64,000 nt of DNA, taken from contig CAZYCQ010000003.1 of NCBI GenBank assembly GCA_964645535.1, positions 43,328 through 107,327 of the forward strand. Direction: 5' to 3'. The position numbers were made by a program, and so were the translations under genes. Positions 9,705-19,688 of the stretch are shown piece by piece (position 1 is the stretch's first letter; the number at the start of each line of letters is the position of its first letter). Under the pieces are notes generated by a model, which did not search any database, was not told where the DNA came from, and worked only from the letters and a program-made list of their open reading frames with translations. Source of the DNA: an uncultured archaeon. Lineage in GTDB: Archaea; Asgardarchaeota; Heimdallarchaeia; Heimdallarchaeales; Kariarchaeaceae.

Positions 9705-12700
9705 ATGGTTCAATCCGAGAACAATCATCTTCTTCCCCAAAAAATCATCTCTCTTCTTGAAGGAGATTATGTTGACAAGTTCTGGCCCTATCATGAACTG
9801 ATGAAATTCAGAGTTCACACAATTCTAGTTGTTGCAAGTCTGTATGATGATTTTGTGATGGAAGCTGACCAAACCTATTCAGAACAATTGACGGAAGAAT
9901 ACAGTCGATTGAATATCTCCACTCCCCCACCACGTATTGTTAGGGTTTCAAACACCAAGGCAGCAAAGAAGAAACTTGAAGAACAAAAATTCGAAATCGT
10001 CATTCTCACATCTAGGGTCGGTCAAAATCCCTTTGATTTTGGAGAAGAAATCAAAAAGAAGTGCCCGGACATGTCGGTCGTGCTCCTCTTGACATCCATG
10101 GCGGATATGGCAGGCCTTCCTCCGGAAAATCAGAGATCGGGAGTAGACCATATTTTTGTCTATACCGGTGATAGCGACATATTTTTGACAATTATCAAGC
10201 AAGTAGAGGATTTAAAGAATCTTGATCGGGACACTCAGTTGGGCAAGGTTCGAATAATCCTCATGATTGAGGATACAATTACATATTACAGTCTGTTCTT
10301 GCCAATGATCTACAATTTGATGGTCCAACAAACCCGTCGCCTCATTGCAAAAAGTGTGAATCACCTGCACAGACAATTGTTGGTTCGAGGAAGACCAAAG
10401 ATCATCCTCGCAAAGACCTACGAGGAGGCGATGTTTTATATTGAAAATTATAGAGATTACATTTTCACAATCATTTCAGACATTGGGTTTCCAAGAAATG
10501 GGAAAAAAGATCAGCAAGCAGGGTTTACCCTTCTTAGCCAAATAAAGGAAAAATTTCCATTCCTGCCTGTTTTGTTGCAGTCGTCTGATGAAGGCAACAG
10601 GGAGAAAGCATTGGAGAAAGGAGCTTCTTTTGTCTATAAGCATTCACCTCGACTGTTGGCAGACCTTGCAGGGTATTTTGAGAAAATAGGATTTGGTGAC
10701 TTTGTTTTTCGGATGCCGGATGGGACGGAAGTTGGACGTGCCAGAAATATTTCTGAATTCCAGAAAGTGATAAAAAAAGTCCCAGTGGAATCTATTCTGT
10801 ATCATGGTTCGAAAAATGACTTCAGCAGATGGCTTTATACCAGAAGTGAATCAGATTTGGCAAGTGAATTGGAGAAAAAGAAAGTAAGTGATTTCAAGGA
10901 TGCTGAAGAGATCCGGGAATACCTTATCAAATTCTTTGCTCGAACTCGAATTGAGAAAAAAAGAGGTGTAATCAGTGAATTCGATCCGGAAGAGTTTTTC
11001 AATACTCCATTCTCAAGAATCGGTAATGGTTCCCTTGGAGGAAAGGGAAGGGGACTGGCGTTTGTTTCTTCCGTTCTTGAGAGAATACAGGACTACCTCG
11101 GCAAAAAATACCCAAACATTCAGATTGCGGTTCCAGCAACAGTTGTTATTGCCACGGATATGTTTGATAAGTTTCTGGCAGAAAATGATCTAAAGGATTT
11201 TGTTCTTGATGAAACTCATTCAGATGAAGAGATTGTTCAAAGGATCATATCCAAAAATCTCCCAAAAAGCTTGAAGAAGGCAATCAGAGAATATGCAAAA
11301 CATGCAAAGTATCCAATCGCAGTAAGGAGCTCAAGCCTCTTGGAAGACAGTCAATTTCAACCTTTTGCGGGAATCTATGAAACCCTTCTCCTCCCCAATA
11401 CCTCTCGAAAATACAAGCAAAGAGCCGAAGAAATTGAAAAAGCAGTCAAAATCGTTTATGCATCGATGTTCAGGCAAACTGCCAGATCATATATCCAAAC
11501 GGTTGGACAGAAGATCGAAGTTGAAAAAATGGCAGTCATCTTGCAACAGATTGTTGGAAGAAAACATGAGAACAGAGTCTATCCATCCTTGTCAGGAGTT
11601 GCCCAATCCTACAACTATTATCCAGTAAGCCCAGCAAAAGCCGAAGATGGTATCGTCCATCTGGCAGTTGGCTTGGGACCATCAGTTACTGCTGGAAGAA
11701 AATACCTTTCTTTTTCGCCGAAATTCCCAAAACGATTGGTGCAGCATTATTCGCCAGAAGCTTCTCTCAAGAATTCACAAAGTGATTTTTATGCACTTGT
11801 TCTTGGAGACACCTTTGATTTGACTGAAGGAGAATTGGCAACGCTAAAACTTTTTGACTTAGAAACCGCAGAATTGGATGGAGAACTTGAGTGGTCCGCA
11901 TCGACCGTAGATTTCCAAAACAATAGAATTTTAGATGGATTGCGGGATGGAGGTCCTAGGGTAGTCACCTTTCCCTTTTTGCTGAAATACGAACGGTTTC
12001 CATTCAGTCAACTGATACAGGAGCTCCTTTTACTCTGGAAAACCGCATTCGGAACTGAAGTGGAAATGGAATTTTCAATGAACTTGGATTATGAAAACAA
12101 ACGTCATGAGCTCTATATTCTTCAGGTAAGACCACTTATCACGGAGATTTCACCAGTTGATGTGAACATTGAAACTTATGAATCAACGGATTACGTCCTT
12201 TATTCGAATATGGCTTTGGGAAATGGTTTTCTTAAGGACATCCATGACATTGTTGTTGTCCCTCCGGAAATTTTCAATCAAACCGAGACAGTTGAAATTA
12301 AGGAAGAAATCAGTAAACTAAATGCCAAATTGAAGTCAGAGGGAAAGAAGTACATTTTGATAGGTCCAGGAAGATGGGGGACATCCGATCCCTTTTTGGG
12401 AATACCTGTCCGATGGGAAGATATTGATTTTGCGGATTTAATTGTTGAATATGGTTTGGAACGATTTCAGATTGATCCTTCCCATGGTTCCCATTTCTTT
12501 TTGAATATCACCAGTGCACGAAAGGGATACTTTTCAATTCCATACGGATCTAAAGGAAGAATTGACTGGGATTGGATTAAACAGATGAGACTTGAGGAAG
12601 AAAGTCAACATGTGCGTCATTATCGATGTGAAAAACCTCTGAACGTGGTAATAGATGGAAAGAAAGGAAAGGGTATAGTTCTCAAACCAGAGATAGAGTT

Positions 12701-12737
12701 ACGAGAAGAACAGATTGAGGTTTATGCAGGAAGTTAA
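9705..12737 (+). CDS. Receiver-like domains fused to a PEP/pyruvate-binding (PPDK N-terminal, ATP-grasp) domain protein
   Basis: 1010 aa. N-terminal CheY-like segments (VRIILMIEDTITYYSLFLP..., TIISDIGFPRNGK). The central GGKGRGLAF and VRSSSLLEDSQFQPFAGIYET motifs match pyruvate-phosphate/water dikinase nucleotide-binding domains. C-terminal GPGRWGTSDPFLGIPV block. No phosphohistidine swivel or PEP-utiliser TIM domain is recognisable. Confidence 0.75.
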   Translation: MVQSENNHLLPQKIISLLEGDYVDKFWPYHELMKFRVHTILVVASLYDDFVMEADQTYSEQLTEEYSRLNISTPPPRIVRVSNTKAAKKKLEEQKFEIVILTSRVGQNPFDFGEEIKKKCPDMSVVLLLTSMADMAGLPPENQRSGVDHIFVYTGDSDIFLTIIKQVEDLKNLDRDTQLGKVRIILMIEDTITYYSLFLPMIYNLMVQQTRRLIAKSVNHLHRQLLVRGRPKIILAKTYEEAMFYIENYRDYIFTIISDIGFPRNGKKDQQAGFTLLSQIKEKFPFLPVLLQSSDEGNREKALEKGASFVYKHSPRLLADLAGYFEKIGFGDFVFRMPDGTEVGRARNISEFQKVIKKVPVESILYHGSKNDFSRWLYTRSESDLASELEKKKVSDFKDAEEIREYLIKFFARTRIEKKRGVISEFDPEEFFNTPFSRIGNGSLGGKGRGLAFVSSVLERIQDYLGKKYPNIQIAVPATVVIATDMFDKFLAENDLKDFVLDETHSDEEIVQRIISKNLPKSLKKAIREYAKHAKYPIAVRSSSLLEDSQFQPFAGIYETLLLPNTSRKYKQRAEEIEKAVKIVYASMFRQTARSYIQTVGQKIEVEKMAVILQQIVGRKHENRVYPSLSGVAQSYNYYPVSPAKAEDGIVHLAVGLGPSVTAGRKYLSFSPKFPKRLVQHYSPEASLKNSQSDFYALVLGDTFDLTEGELATLKLFDLETAELDGELEWSASTVDFQNNRILDGLRDGGPRVVTFPFLLKYERFPFSQLIQELLLLWKTAFGTEVEMEFSMNLDYENKRHELYILQVRPLITEISPVDVNIETYESTDYVLYSNMALGNGFLKDIHDIVVVPPEIFNQTETVEIKEEISKLNAKLKSEGKKYILIGPGRWGTSDPFLGIPVRWEDIDFADLIVEYGLERFQIDPSHGSHFFLNITSARKGYFSIPYGSKGRIDWDWIKQMRLEEESQHVRHYRCEKPLNVVIDGKKGKGIVLKPEIELREEQIEVYAGS

Positions 12738-12738
12738 G

Positions 12739-14751
12739 TTACCAGAGCGTGACGATCTTTTCTCGATACATTCCGTCACCAGGGCGGGTCTTGAAGACTT
12801 CATGGAATTCAGGAATATTTGCTAAGGCCACATTGACCCTTGCTTCAGGAGGAGAATGGGGATCGGATGTTCTTAACACCTCTTGGATTTCTGGTCGACT
12901 TAATGCCCGCCAAATCCTAGCATAGGACATAAAGAATTTTTCCTCATTGCTGAATTTGTCTGAGGGAGGCTCACCATGTTTCCTGAAGTGTTCTTTCATC
13001 GCTGCAAATGCAATTCTTATCCCGCCAATATCTCCAATGTTTTCTCCTAACGTAAGTTTTCCAATAAGGGGTTTTCCATTCACTTTGAATTTTTCATATT
13101 CCTCAATAAAATGTTGTGCACGTTCATTGAAAGCCTTTCTATCCTCATCCGTCCACCAATTTTCCATATTTCCGTCAGGACCGAACATGCTCCCTTTGTC
13201 GTCATATCCATGAGTTATTTCGTGCCCGATGACAGCACCAATTCCACCATAATTTTCTGCATCGCTCAACTGGGGATCAAAGAAGGGAAATTGAAGGATG
13301 GCAGCAGGAAACACGATTTCATTATGAAGCGGTGAATAATAGGCATTGACAGTCTGTGGGGACATGAACCACTTATTCTTGTCAGGAGCCTTGTAAAGAT
13401 TTTTCAACATCAAGTCTCGATTGTATTTTACAGTTGTTCGGAGAATTTGACTGAAGGTCATGTCTTCAGATAATTGAAGGCCTGAGTAATCCTCCCAAAC
13501 GTCAGGATAACCAATCTTGACATTGAAAGCCTTCAATTTTTCCAATGCCTTTTCCTTGGTAATGTCACTCATCCACTCCAATGATTTTATTCGATTTTCC
13601 AAAGCAATAATTAGGTTGTTTACAAGTTCCTTCATTTTTTCCTTGGATGAGGGAGGAAAGAATTTCTCAACATAGAGTTTGCCAACAAGTTCCCCTAGAA
13701 TAAACCTGTTGTTCATCAACTCCACAATCCGTTTCCATAGTGGTTGCATTTCCTTCTGCCCTTGAAGTACTCTTCCATAGAAATCAAAATTTGCCTTTTC
13801 GAATCTTTCACTCAATGCAGATGCCGTCAGAAGAAGCAATCTAGCCTTAAGGTAAATTTTCCAAGTTTCAAGATCTGTTTCTTGGAGCTGTTCATTGACA
13901 AAATCGAAAAATGCAGGATTATCGACATTGATATCCTTAAGTTCAAGATTGGTATAACTCCTCACAAAGCTGTCCCAATCAAAACTGGAATACTTTGAAA
14001 CAAATTCCGAAAATTGCATCTTATTGTAGCTTAATTCAGGATCCCTTTTCTGGACTTGAGAATAATGTTTTTCTGCGAGTTTAGTTTCAAAATCAAGAAC
14101 CTTCTTAGCTACGTCTTTGGCTTCGGATTCGCCGATGAATTCAAAGAGGGTTGCCAAATGCTCCACATATTTGTCCCTAATAGGTTGCTTATCCTCTTCC
14201 AAATAGTAGTCCCGATTTCCGAATCTGGGATTTGGTAAACTTAGACCTCCTGAACTGAAATGGGGTATCTCAATTGATGTGTTCTTCCTGTCCATGTTTG
14301 AGGAGAAATTGATCAATCCCAAGACCATTTTGCTCTCCAGTTCCACAATTGCATGAATTAGGTCATGGCGCGACGTGATGCCATCTATTGTTTCCAGCAA
14401 TGGTCTGATCGGTTCAAAATCCAGTTCATTCCTTCGCTCCATGTCCATTCCTACTTTGTAGAAAATGGATATTGCTTGATATTCTCCATCATGGGGTTTT
14501 TCTACAATTGAACGGACGTCTTCCATGGCTTTGTCATGTAAAATTGTGAAACTACCATACCTCGTTTTGTCAGGAGGGATTTCGGTTGTCTTTAACCACT
14601 TCCCATTTACATATCTGAAAAAATCATCTTGAGGGCGAACCTCAGGATCGATATATTCGTCAATCCTTTCAATTCCCATACTTTTTTCCTTGATTTTGTC
14701 TAAAATAAAAGGGATTTTGTAGTACCAGAGGAAATATGGAGATCTTTCCAT
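12739..14751 (-). CDS. M13 family zinc metallopeptidase (neprilysin/PepO-like)
   Basis: HEITHGYDD (HExxH) and GENIGDIGG (ENxADxGG-type) motifs, plus the N-terminal DDFFRYVNGKWL block. The true start is probably the ATG at 14679 (MGIERIDEY...) rather than 14751. Confidence 0.9.
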   Translation of the reverse strand: MERSPYFLWYYKIPFILDKIKEKSMGIERIDEYIDPEVRPQDDFFRYVNGKWLKTTEIPPDKTRYGSFTILHDKAMEDVRSIVEKPHDGEYQAISIFYKVGMDMERRNELDFEPIRPLLETIDGITSRHDLIHAIVELESKMVLGLINFSSNMDRKNTSIEIPHFSSGGLSLPNPRFGNRDYYLEEDKQPIRDKYVEHLATLFEFIGESEAKDVAKKVLDFETKLAEKHYSQVQKRDPELSYNKMQFSEFVSKYSSFDWDSFVRSYTNLELKDINVDNPAFFDFVNEQLQETDLETWKIYLKARLLLLTASALSERFEKANFDFYGRVLQGQKEMQPLWKRIVELMNNRFILGELVGKLYVEKFFPPSSKEKMKELVNNLIIALENRIKSLEWMSDITKEKALEKLKAFNVKIGYPDVWEDYSGLQLSEDMTFSQILRTTVKYNRDLMLKNLYKAPDKNKWFMSPQTVNAYYSPLHNEIVFPAAILQFPFFDPQLSDAENYGGIGAVIGHEITHGYDDKGSMFGPDGNMENWWTDEDRKAFNERAQHFIEEYEKFKVNGKPLIGKLTLGENIGDIGGIRIAFAAMKEHFRKHGEPPSDKFSNEEKFFMSYARIWRALSRPEIQEVLRTSDPHSPPEARVNVALANIPEFHEVFKTRPGDGMYREKIVTLW

Positions 14752-14863
14752 CCAAACATTTTTTTACTCACAAAAAAAAGTTGATTCGCTAAGGTGATAC
14801 GTATAGTCAATCGAAAAGAATCTTTCAAATGAACCACAAAAAATACTAGAACAACTGATTGAT

Positions 14864-17206
14864 TTGGATTCATTCGACCCTCACAGGATCGAAACAATTA
14901 TGCTCTCTCTTTGGGAAAGGGAATGGAGCTTACCAAAGAGCTTGCAGGATAATCCAAGTCAATTGTTTATCATTGATACACCACCTCCATACACCAATGC
15001 GAAATGGCATCTAGGGGGAGCCATCCATTATTCTCAAATCGACATGATTGCAAGATCTATGCGATTGATGGGGAAGCAGGTATATTTCCCCATGGGATTG
15101 GACAGGAATGGACTTCCAATAGAAATTGCAGCTGAACAGGAATTCGGTATCAGCATGTTTTCTGTTCCTAGAAAAGAATTCATAGGCTTATGCAAGAAAA
15201 TCCTTGACCGGTTAGGCGATCAGACTCTTGATTTGGTAAAACGGCTTGGAATCAGCTGTGATTCTCTTGAATGGGATCATGTTTACCGAACTGATTCTGA
15301 TCAATTTAGGGCACTAACCCAATCTACTTTCATTGAATTGTACAAAAAGGGATTGATCAGCGAAAATTTGCGACCAACCAATTGGGATCCTAGCCTGCAA
15401 TCCACTATTGCGGATGCAGAAATTGAATATCGCATTGAAAAAAGTGAATTAATTGAAATTGCATTTCTGGTTCCTGAATTGGGTGAAACCCATTCGTTTA
15501 CCACAACACGACCAGAACTCCTTCCAGCCATTCGAGCAATTATTTTCAATCCAGACGACGCCAGATATCGACATTTGGAAGGGAAGGTTGCAAGAGTGCC
15601 ATTATTAGAAAAAGAGGTGCCCATCATCCCACATCCTTCTGCCTCGCAGGACTATGGCACAGGACTTCTCCAAATCTGTTCGTTTGGCGATCTAACGGAT
15701 ATCAGAACACTCAGAGAACTTGAGATTGAACCAATCTATATCATCGATCCCGATGGACGTCTAAATGAGAAAGCTGGCAAATATCAAGGGATGACAATTC
15801 CTGAAGCTCGAAGAACTATAAAGAAAGATCTTGAACCATATATTCTCTCCAAAAAAAAGGTAATGCATAGAATCCCAATTTCAGAGAGAACTGGAACACC
15901 TGTGGAGTTTTTGGGAATGAATGAGTTTTATCTCAAGCAGAGGGAGTTTGTTCCAATCCTGAAAAGATATGCCACAGAGGTGAAGTTTGTCCCTGAACAA
16001 ATGAGACAAAGATGGCTTGATTGGTTGGAAAGTATCAAGACGGAATGGCCCATTTCCCGCAGGAGGTTTTATGGTACAGAAATCCCACTTTGGTATTGCA
16101 ATTCCTGCAATGAAACTATCCTTCCACCACCGGGAAGGTACTATAAGCCATGGGCAGAACCTCCACCCATTCAATCATGTCAGAAATGTGGAAGCGAAAG
16201 TTTCAAAGGAGAGACAAGAACATTTGACACGTGGATGGATTCCTCAATTACAGTAATGTACATCCTAAAATTCCCTTTCAATGACCAAAATCTTTCTATT
16301 TTTGATCAAGTCAATTCGCGAAACTTCTTGGCCGACATCCGTCCTCAAGGCAAAGACATCATCAGGACATGGCTCCACTATTCCTTCCTGAGAATTCACC
16401 AATTAGAAGGAAAAAGGGCATTTGCCGTAGCTTGGATATCCGGACATGTGGTTTCTGAAAAAGGGGAAAGATTTTCAAAACGAAAAGGAAACTCCCCAGA
16501 TCCAGAAGAATTCATTGACAAATATGGAGCAGATTCCCTCAGGCTATTTGGCGCGCTAGAAACAAAAACCGGGTCAGACATCAGGTTTTCAGAAACAGCT
16601 GTTAAAGCATCTTGGAAATTCCTCAAGAAACTATTCAATCTTGCCAGGTTCATTTCCAGTTTCGAAAAGCCTCGCGAATATTCCTTGCGCAAGATTGATT
16701 GGTGGATACTTGAAGAATTGAATAAAGTTATTGAGACTTGCAAGGAAGGATATCTTCAATTTGAGTTTCAACAGGCATTGAGGGAATTACGGACATTCAC
16801 GCAAAAGCTGTTTGCTTCCACCTATGTCGAGATTGTGAAGGATCGTGCATACAATCACAATAAGAAATTCAATCAAGCAAAGTCTAATGGAGCCAAATGG
16901 ACTCTCCATCATGTATTTCATACTATACTCTTGCTGTTCTCACCGATCATTCCATTTACAACAGACATTCTCTATCGTAAATTGAATGATGGAAAAACCA
17001 TTTTTGGGATACATTTCCCGAAAAAGCTTGAAACCGATTCAACCCTATCTGATTTAACTGATGATCTACTCGCTTTCAATTCCTTTGTTTGGACCTTCAA
17101 GAAAAAACAGGGATTGGCTCTCAATGATCCGATTGCAGACATTGAGGTTCCGAAGAAATTGTCTCCATTCCTTGAAGACTTGAAATCTATGCATAAGCTC
17201 CTTTGA
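14864..17206 (+). CDS. valS: Valyl-tRNA synthetase-like class Ia aminoacyl-tRNA synthetase (short, divergent signature motifs)
   Basis: IDTPPPYTNAKWHLGGAIHYSQIDMIARSMRLMG...GLDRNGLPIE resembles the archaeal ValRS N-terminus. CP1/editing block TTTRPELLPAIRAIIFNPDDARYRHLEGK...GTGLLQICSFGD. KMSKS position reads RFSKR (16469-16483) and HIGH position reads HLGG (15008-15019). The ORF-track start is TTG; the next ATG is at 14900. Confidence 0.7.
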   Translation: MDSFDPHRIETIMLSLWEREWSLPKSLQDNPSQLFIIDTPPPYTNAKWHLGGAIHYSQIDMIARSMRLMGKQVYFPMGLDRNGLPIEIAAEQEFGISMFSVPRKEFIGLCKKILDRLGDQTLDLVKRLGISCDSLEWDHVYRTDSDQFRALTQSTFIELYKKGLISENLRPTNWDPSLQSTIADAEIEYRIEKSELIEIAFLVPELGETHSFTTTRPELLPAIRAIIFNPDDARYRHLEGKVARVPLLEKEVPIIPHPSASQDYGTGLLQICSFGDLTDIRTLRELEIEPIYIIDPDGRLNEKAGKYQGMTIPEARRTIKKDLEPYILSKKKVMHRIPISERTGTPVEFLGMNEFYLKQREFVPILKRYATEVKFVPEQMRQRWLDWLESIKTEWPISRRRFYGTEIPLWYCNSCNETILPPPGRYYKPWAEPPPIQSCQKCGSESFKGETRTFDTWMDSSITVMYILKFPFNDQNLSIFDQVNSRNFLADIRPQGKDIIRTWLHYSFLRIHQLEGKRAFAVAWISGHVVSEKGERFSKRKGNSPDPEEFIDKYGADSLRLFGALETKTGSDIRFSETAVKASWKFLKKLFNLARFISSFEKPREYSLRKIDWWILEELNKVIETCKEGYLQFEFQQALRELRTFTQKLFASTYVEIVKDRAYNHNKKFNQAKSNGAKWTLHHVFHTILLLFSPIIPFTTDILYRKLNDGKTIFGIHFPKKLETDSTLSDLTDDLLAFNSFVWTFKKKQGLALNDPIADIEVPKKLSPFLEDLKSMHKLL

Positions 17207-17448
17207 AATTTCGTGAAAAACCAGTTGTTAGCACAACCAATAAGTTGAGAAAAGGAAATTTCTTCAACCAAAAGTTTATTTTTTGATAAGAAAACATCCC
17301 GTTGGGAGACGGGTTACGAAAATATTTATCCGAATAAAATCTCAAATATTTTTGCTTGAACACTAATAAATCATTGTGTGTAAAATTTAAAAAATAAAAG
17401 GAAAACCGATATGCAAAAGAGTTACCTACATTCCGAAAAATTCCGTGA

Positions 17449-17602
17449 AATAAACGTAAATATGAGGAAACAATTTGCTTTATTCATTTTTGCAGAAAGA
17501 AAGGCAGATTTTGAAGATTTTCGAAGGTTTCCCTGAGGACGAATTTCAATCACCTGCAAGAAGATTAGATTTTCCCTTGTCAATGGCTGATTTACGTTTA
17601 TT
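17449..17602. repeat. 13-nt perfect inverted repeat pair (AATAAACGTAAAT at 17449-17461; reverse complement at 17590-17602)
   Basis: Read directly in the 640-bp AT-rich intergenic region between valS and the secreted-protein gene. The arms are 128 nt apart. Confidence 0.4.
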
Positions 17603-17848
17603 CTTCATCCATTACTACAGAAGCACAGTAAATGGCTCCGAAAGCCATACGAATTTCGGATAACTTAGAGGGAAAATTTATGAATTCAATAAATGTAAAA
17701 ATGGAAATTAAACCCCTATTCTTACAGATTTTTTGGTTTCCATGAATGACACATGAACGGATTAATTTTTTTGTTGAAACTAAAGCAATAATTCAAGGAC
17801 AGGGATTAGATATAAATACTACACCTCTGTTAGACAACATGGGATACT

Positions 17849-19027
17849 ATGAAAATCCGCGCATATACATTCTCATGGTTACTCATCGCTTTCATGTTCG
17901 CTGCCGCGGGAACTCCCGCAGTAGTTGCTAACGTTGAAAGGCCAGTCAATGAGGGAATCGGCTTTGCCTATTTCGATAATTCCACTCGTGACTTTAATGT
18001 CGACATTTACTTTGTCGGTAACACCACACTTCCTGGTGGACAACTGCCCAGTGGAGGAACTGAAGGAGGGTTTGACGTTTACAACTATGAAACGGACACA
18101 GCAGTCCCCATTGTAAATGTTAAGTTCAATTACAGCGGACTCATCACCGTGAACGGATCTGATGCTGCTGGTCAAGCCTTTGTTGTTTCAAAGAACTTCC
18201 TTAAGATGGCCACATCGGGCGGTGAACACACCACCACGGGTTTTGCAGTTCCACTTTCTCAAGGAGATAACTTTGTTTCTGTCATCTATATTGCGGCCGA
18301 CGAAAGTGGCAATTATCATTATGCCATTGACACGGTTATCGTCAGAGTAAGAGCTGATGGAAACTTTAATGACAAGCCCACCTACAAGGATGGCAAGGTC
18401 ACCTTCGATGTTGAAGACCAATTCTCTGAAGGATCCAAATATCCTCTGGACTATCCAGATTTCGATTACAATGATCCAGTTACGGATCTCTCCTTCAAAA
18501 ATTATGATGGAGAGACCATTGATGGAACTGCTCAAGCAACTGCCTTCGTTCAAGAACTTGGTCTTAATGTGACTGGTTCCGTTAATTCAACTGGTACTGT
18601 CGCACTTGACCCTGACTTCCTCAATGGAACCGATGCAGTCAAGGGCAAACTATTCTATGTTGACGACTATGGTGTACATGACTTCCCAAGTGAGTTCAAT
18701 TTCACCGGAGGTTCCCTCAACGCAACCTTCAAGACTTTTGACACTGTTGCTGATGCTGAGCTTGGTGGTGAATCCTTCCTTGGAATGCTCACCTTTGCAC
18801 CCAATGGAATTTTCTCTGGTGATGCTGAAAACTCTGATGCTGAGGCAACCTATTTCAGCGAATTTGGTGCCACCTTGGATGGTGCTTCCTTCTTTGTTGT
18901 AGAAGGTAATGTAACCGTTACAACCGAAAGCACTGGTAGTGGCAGTCCAATCAACTTCGCGGCTGTTGGTTTCGGTTTGTTCTCAGCCAGCCTTGCAACA
19001 TACTTTGTACGCAGAAGAAAGAAATAA
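17849..19027 (+). CDS. Secreted/surface-anchored protein, unknown function
   Basis: 392 aa. N-terminal signal peptide (MKIRAYTFSWLLIAFMFAAAGTPAVVA), many N-x-S/T sequons, acidic Thr/Gly-rich body. C-terminal GSGSPINFAAVGFGLFSASLATYFVRRRKK, which is a hydrophobic helix plus a basic tail. Confidence 0.6.
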   Translation: MKIRAYTFSWLLIAFMFAAAGTPAVVANVERPVNEGIGFAYFDNSTRDFNVDIYFVGNTTLPGGQLPSGGTEGGFDVYNYETDTAVPIVNVKFNYSGLITVNGSDAAGQAFVVSKNFLKMATSGGEHTTTGFAVPLSQGDNFVSVIYIAADESGNYHYAIDTVIVRVRADGNFNDKPTYKDGKVTFDVEDQFSEGSKYPLDYPDFDYNDPVTDLSFKNYDGETIDGTAQATAFVQELGLNVTGSVNSTGTVALDPDFLNGTDAVKGKLFYVDDYGVHDFPSEFNFTGGSLNATFKTFDTVADAELGGESFLGMLTFAPNGIFSGDAENSDAEATYFSEFGATLDGASFFVVEGNVTVTTESTGSGSPINFAAVGFGLFSASLATYFVRRRKK

Positions 19028-19175
19028 AATTCATAAATAACAATCCACATCAATAATTTTCCATTTAATCTCAACAACAATTAATTGAATTGCGTAAAAC
19101 GATTATTTTCCAACATTTTCAGATTTAGGGAAGAGGGTAATATGCATCTTTATTAATTGGATTGAAGAAAGTATA

Positions 19176-19688
19176 TTGCTAGAGGACGATAGAATGGCAG
19201 GTATGAAAATAACCAAGCCAGATGGAACAATTGTGGAGATAGACAAGAGTATGCTCAAGTCTCTCTCTCCAGACCAATTGGCTGCCCTCATGTCGTCCTT
19301 AACCCAATCTACATCACCACCGCCTCAGAAAACCTCTTCAGAAAGTGAAAAGATTGCGTACATGAGAACGCCAGAAGAGATTTGGAATGGTGGTAAAAGG
19401 GAAAGGATCGGGTTATTCCTCGCCAATCAATATGCTCTTGGAATGACTTTGGAAACAGTTGACATCCATCGGGATTGGATGGAAACTCTTGTAAGCAAAA
19501 ACTATGATCTCTATATAGAGAAATCCCATCTCACACAGTATTTGACTAGGCTTGCGGAAATGGGATATTTGAAAAAGGAAAAGATACCAGGAAGAGGAGT
19601 GGTATGGACTACCTTGGAATTGCTTTATGAGCATTATCCCCAAGTCCCCATGGAGAATTTCCAAAAGATTGCATTGGAGATCACATAG
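19176..19688 (+). CDS. Hypothetical protein with a possible C-terminal winged-helix domain
   Basis: 170-aa ORF. The likely start is the ATG at 19194 (MAGMKITK...). It has a Ser/Pro-rich linker and a C-terminal LTQYLTRLAEMGYLKKEKIPGRGVVWT wHTH-like segment. No family recognised. Confidence 0.45.
   Translation: MLEDDRMAGMKITKPDGTIVEIDKSMLKSLSPDQLAALMSSLTQSTSPPPQKTSSESEKIAYMRTPEEIWNGGKRERIGLFLANQYALGMTLETVDIHRDWMETLVSKNYDLYIEKSHLTQYLTRLAEMGYLKKEKIPGRGVVWTTLELLYEHYPQVPMENFQKIALEIT

Noticed and set aside
17475-17931. Two ~60-aa ORFs (17475-17663, 17746-17931) in the long AT-rich intergenic region
   Set aside because: No motifs and poor start contexts. The second overlaps the well-supported signal-peptide start of the 17849 gene. 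They are treated as non-coding pending transcript or conservation data.
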